Made by a program: the position numbers and the translations under genes. A model generated the notes under the pieces. The model was given only the letters and a program-made list of their open reading frames with translations, made no database searches and was not told the DNA's origin. Positions 63,001 to 64,000 of a DNA stretch of 64,000 bases are shown in pieces (the stretch's first letter is position 1; every line of letters starts with the position of its first letter). The DNA comes from Wickerhamiella versatilis (taxonomy: Eukaryota): contig JAQOWU010000008.1 of NCBI GenBank assembly GCA_030867685.1, positions 3,286,001 through 3,350,000 of the forward strand. The letters run 5' to 3'.

Positions 63001-63632
63001 TCGACCCATCAATTAATCCAGAATTTATGGAACTGTATTGTGATCCAAACGCTCGGGCTGGCGTGTTGGAGCCCGAAGGCTTGGTCGGTATTAAACTCCG
63101 TAAGCCAAAACTTCTCGCTACAATGCAGAGACTAGACAAGGAGTACTCCAACCTTTGTGATCAAGAGAGTGATGCGCGAGCTGAGAACCTTCCTGAACTT
63201 ACTGAAATCTGTGCGGCGAAAGCTAGAAGAGAAGAGCTTCTCTTGCCTGTATACCACCAGATTGCGGTTCAATTTGCTGAACTCCATGATCGCCCTGGTA
63301 GGATGCAGGCGAAAGGCTGCATCAATGGAGTCATTCCCTGGATCGAATCACGACGCTTCTTCTACTGGAGAGTGCGTCGTCGCCTATGTTACTTGAAGGT
63401 CTCTCGAGAGGGTGTGGATCTGGAGGATATCATCCCTCCTAGTTGCACAACCGATCGTGAAGTCGTTGAATGGTTTGAAAATCCTGCATCTCAAGTGCCA
63501 GAGACTATAGCAGACTTGAAGTCTAAGAAGACTGCTAGCTACTTGTCGAAAGCATTGTCAAACTCTGATGTTGCAGCGGTAGTCAAGCATCTATCTCCCG
63601 AATCTCGCAAGCAGCTTTTAGAACAACTATAG
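57099..63632 (+). CDS. ACC1: Acetyl-CoA carboxylase
   Basis: Biotin carboxylase domain (IANNGIAAVK, GGGGKGIR), EVMKM biotinylation site, carboxyltransferase domains. Confidence 0.99.
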   Translation: MKTYDHSKLSSHFFGLNNVSSAPSSAVRDFVAARQGHTVITSVLIANNGIAAVKEIRSVRRWAYQQFGDERAISFTVMATPEDLSANAEYIRMADQVVEVPGGTNNNNYANVDLIVDVAEQTNVQAVWAGWGHASENPLLPENLANSPKKIVFIGPPGSAMRSLGDKISSTIVAQHAKVPCIPWSGTGVDEVYLEKETGLVSVKDEVYAKGCVTDAEEALEKARNIGLPVMIKASEGGGGKGIRKVDREEDFVSLFQQVKAEIPGSPIFVMKLAGSARHLEVQLLADQYGNNISLFGRDCSVQRRHQKIIEEAPVDGDVAPPTTFEQMEQAAVRLGKLVGYVSAGTVEYLYSHDDDKFYFLELNPRLQVEHPTTEMVSGVNLPAAQLQVAMGIPLDYITDIRMLYGADPLSSRPLDFTYSDPDFAKYQRRPRPHGHTTACRITSEDPGAGFKPSGGSLSELNFRSSSNVWGYFSVGSRGNIHSFSDSQFGHIFAFGETREASRRSMVVALKELSIRGDFRTTVEYLISLLESEAFEKNTITTSWLDELISKKISTTDKPDASVAVVCGAATRSFVESATVMRSYKEALERGQSPPKDSLKFLYQINFIYEGEQYRFTSTQTALHTFRIFLNGSRVDVGVQPLSDGGFLISIDGKSHVVYYKDEVTGATCLSVDGKTCLLEVENDPTQLRTPSPGKLVRFLVEPSDHISAGQAYAEVEVMKMYMPLLAQEDGIVQPIKQPGSQLNAGDIIGILALDDPSKVKHAKPFDGQLPAYGPPRMIGNKLDQQFTNDFEVLQNVMAGYDNQIVLASTFRKLTEVLRNPELPYAEWASRASALHSRLPPTLDATLQGIVDRAHKKHADFPSKSVLKTIGKWNPSNENEKRAWDELVESLTTIAQDFSNGLEGHEYLVMSRLLQEYYDVEKQFNGQREEDVVHQLRETHKDDLDSVLKTIVSHSRVGNKNNLMLMILNEYGETSSSLVANYLRPVLKKIVELDGRPFSKVVLKAREVLIRCALPSLRQQTEQMEHILRSSVMGSAYGAIVDRHRMAPNPEVLRELVESRYSVFDVLFQFFRHSDRYIVAAAMEVYARRVNRAYHVEHVVHHLEPEEIPAIRYDFELTEASTPYATTSGAKEGDLRHGVVCPGDFDDIDESISRVIELLPEYQAPRLRRFSDPPIPGKPVQHPELVNTANIVVYCEEEEFDETLDDDAIAVHLREMIQEQREGLLNRSVRRLTILIQIGVGSSPKFFTFQGPDYDENKTMRHVNPPLAFQLELGRLSNFHIRPVFSENRYIHMYEAHARSDPADKRFFVRTVITPERLAEGDEISTPEYLLSESNKLMNDILESLQTVDTSGSDLNHIFINFTAVFAVDPSEILKAFRDFLDRFGRRLWRLRVVGAEIRLVIGNLSDPQEVLPIRALINNVSGFVVTTELYTEVRTESGEWVYKTLMGKPGNMHMRPVLSAYPTKEWLQLRRYEAHLKGTTFVHDYPQLFSAAVKSAWRAVGLDPPASSFTATELVLDEANNLTEVEREPGANTCGMVAWICTARTRECPSGRQFVVVANDITFKIGSFGPQEDKYFNSVTEYARAKGLPRVYLAANSGARLGIAEEVLPLIRAAWNDENNPDQGFRYLYLTPEDYEQTNNSVSCTRIVEEGQARYRIDYVVGKSDGLGVESLKGSGLIAGATSRAYKDIFTATIVTCRSVGIGAYLVRLGQRAIQIEGKPLLLTGAEAINKLLARQVYASNLQLGGTQIMYKNGVSHLVAQNDYEGVAQFMDWLSFVPIRRDALPPILVNKADEWDRDVEFVPVQGENYDVRCLITGSDGRRGLFDDNSWIETLGGWARGVVTGRARLGGIPFGIIAVETRATETVYPADPANPLSTEQVVTEAGQVWYPNSAFKTAQALQDFTNGEQLPIMILANWRGFSGGQRDMFFEVLKYGSYIVDALSECRQPVFVYIPPFGELRGGSWVVVDPSINPEFMELYCDPNARAGVLEPEGLVGIKLRKPKLLATMQRLDKEYSNLCDQESDARAENLPELTEICAAKARREELLLPVYHQIAVQFAELHDRPGRMQAKGCINGVIPWIESRRFFYWRVRRRLCYLKVSREGVDLEDIIPPSCTTDREVVEWFENPASQVPETIADLKSKKTASYLSKALSNSDVAAVVKHLSPESRKQLLEQL

Positions 63633-63726
63633 TGTTAGAAATAATATTCCATGAGTTATTCGCCATCTAATTACCTATAAAAACCCACATAAAAATTCTG
63701 ATTTCAACCTTGGAATTAGTGATTAG

Positions 63727-64000
<274 letters not shown>

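Overview
Gene-dense nuclear DNA of a compact, intron-poor budding yeast. Presence of eIF3d and SF3B6/p14 (both absent from S. cerevisiae) plus extreme compaction suggests an early-diverging lineage such as Wickerhamiella/Starmerella; this is inference only. About 50 mostly housekeeping CDSs run from a partial TRK1 to ACC1 and a partial HMT1, with two tRNA genes: Leu-TAA (with intron) and Arg-ACG. I saw no transposon, CRISPR array or bacterial-type operon, and no protein gene needed an intron. Best leads: (1) three ORF-free, strongly base-paired intergenic stretches that look like unannotated ncRNAs: ~850 nt at 14.4-15.25 kb (telomerase-RNA-like features), an H/ACA-like RNA ending 3 nt before a start codon at 19.5 kb, and ~450 nt at 48.0-48.5 kb; (2) an apparently minimised origin recognition complex, with Orc3 lacking most of its insertion domain and Orc6 lacking the helix that binds it; (3) SF3B6 and ORC3 in frame and 9 nt apart; (4) Acc1 lacking the Snf1 regulatory loop; (5) a recurrent TKAC(A)TAA element next to start codons; (6) a degenerate 3x ~105-bp promoter repeat. 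All family calls are by-eye motif recognition, not database searches.
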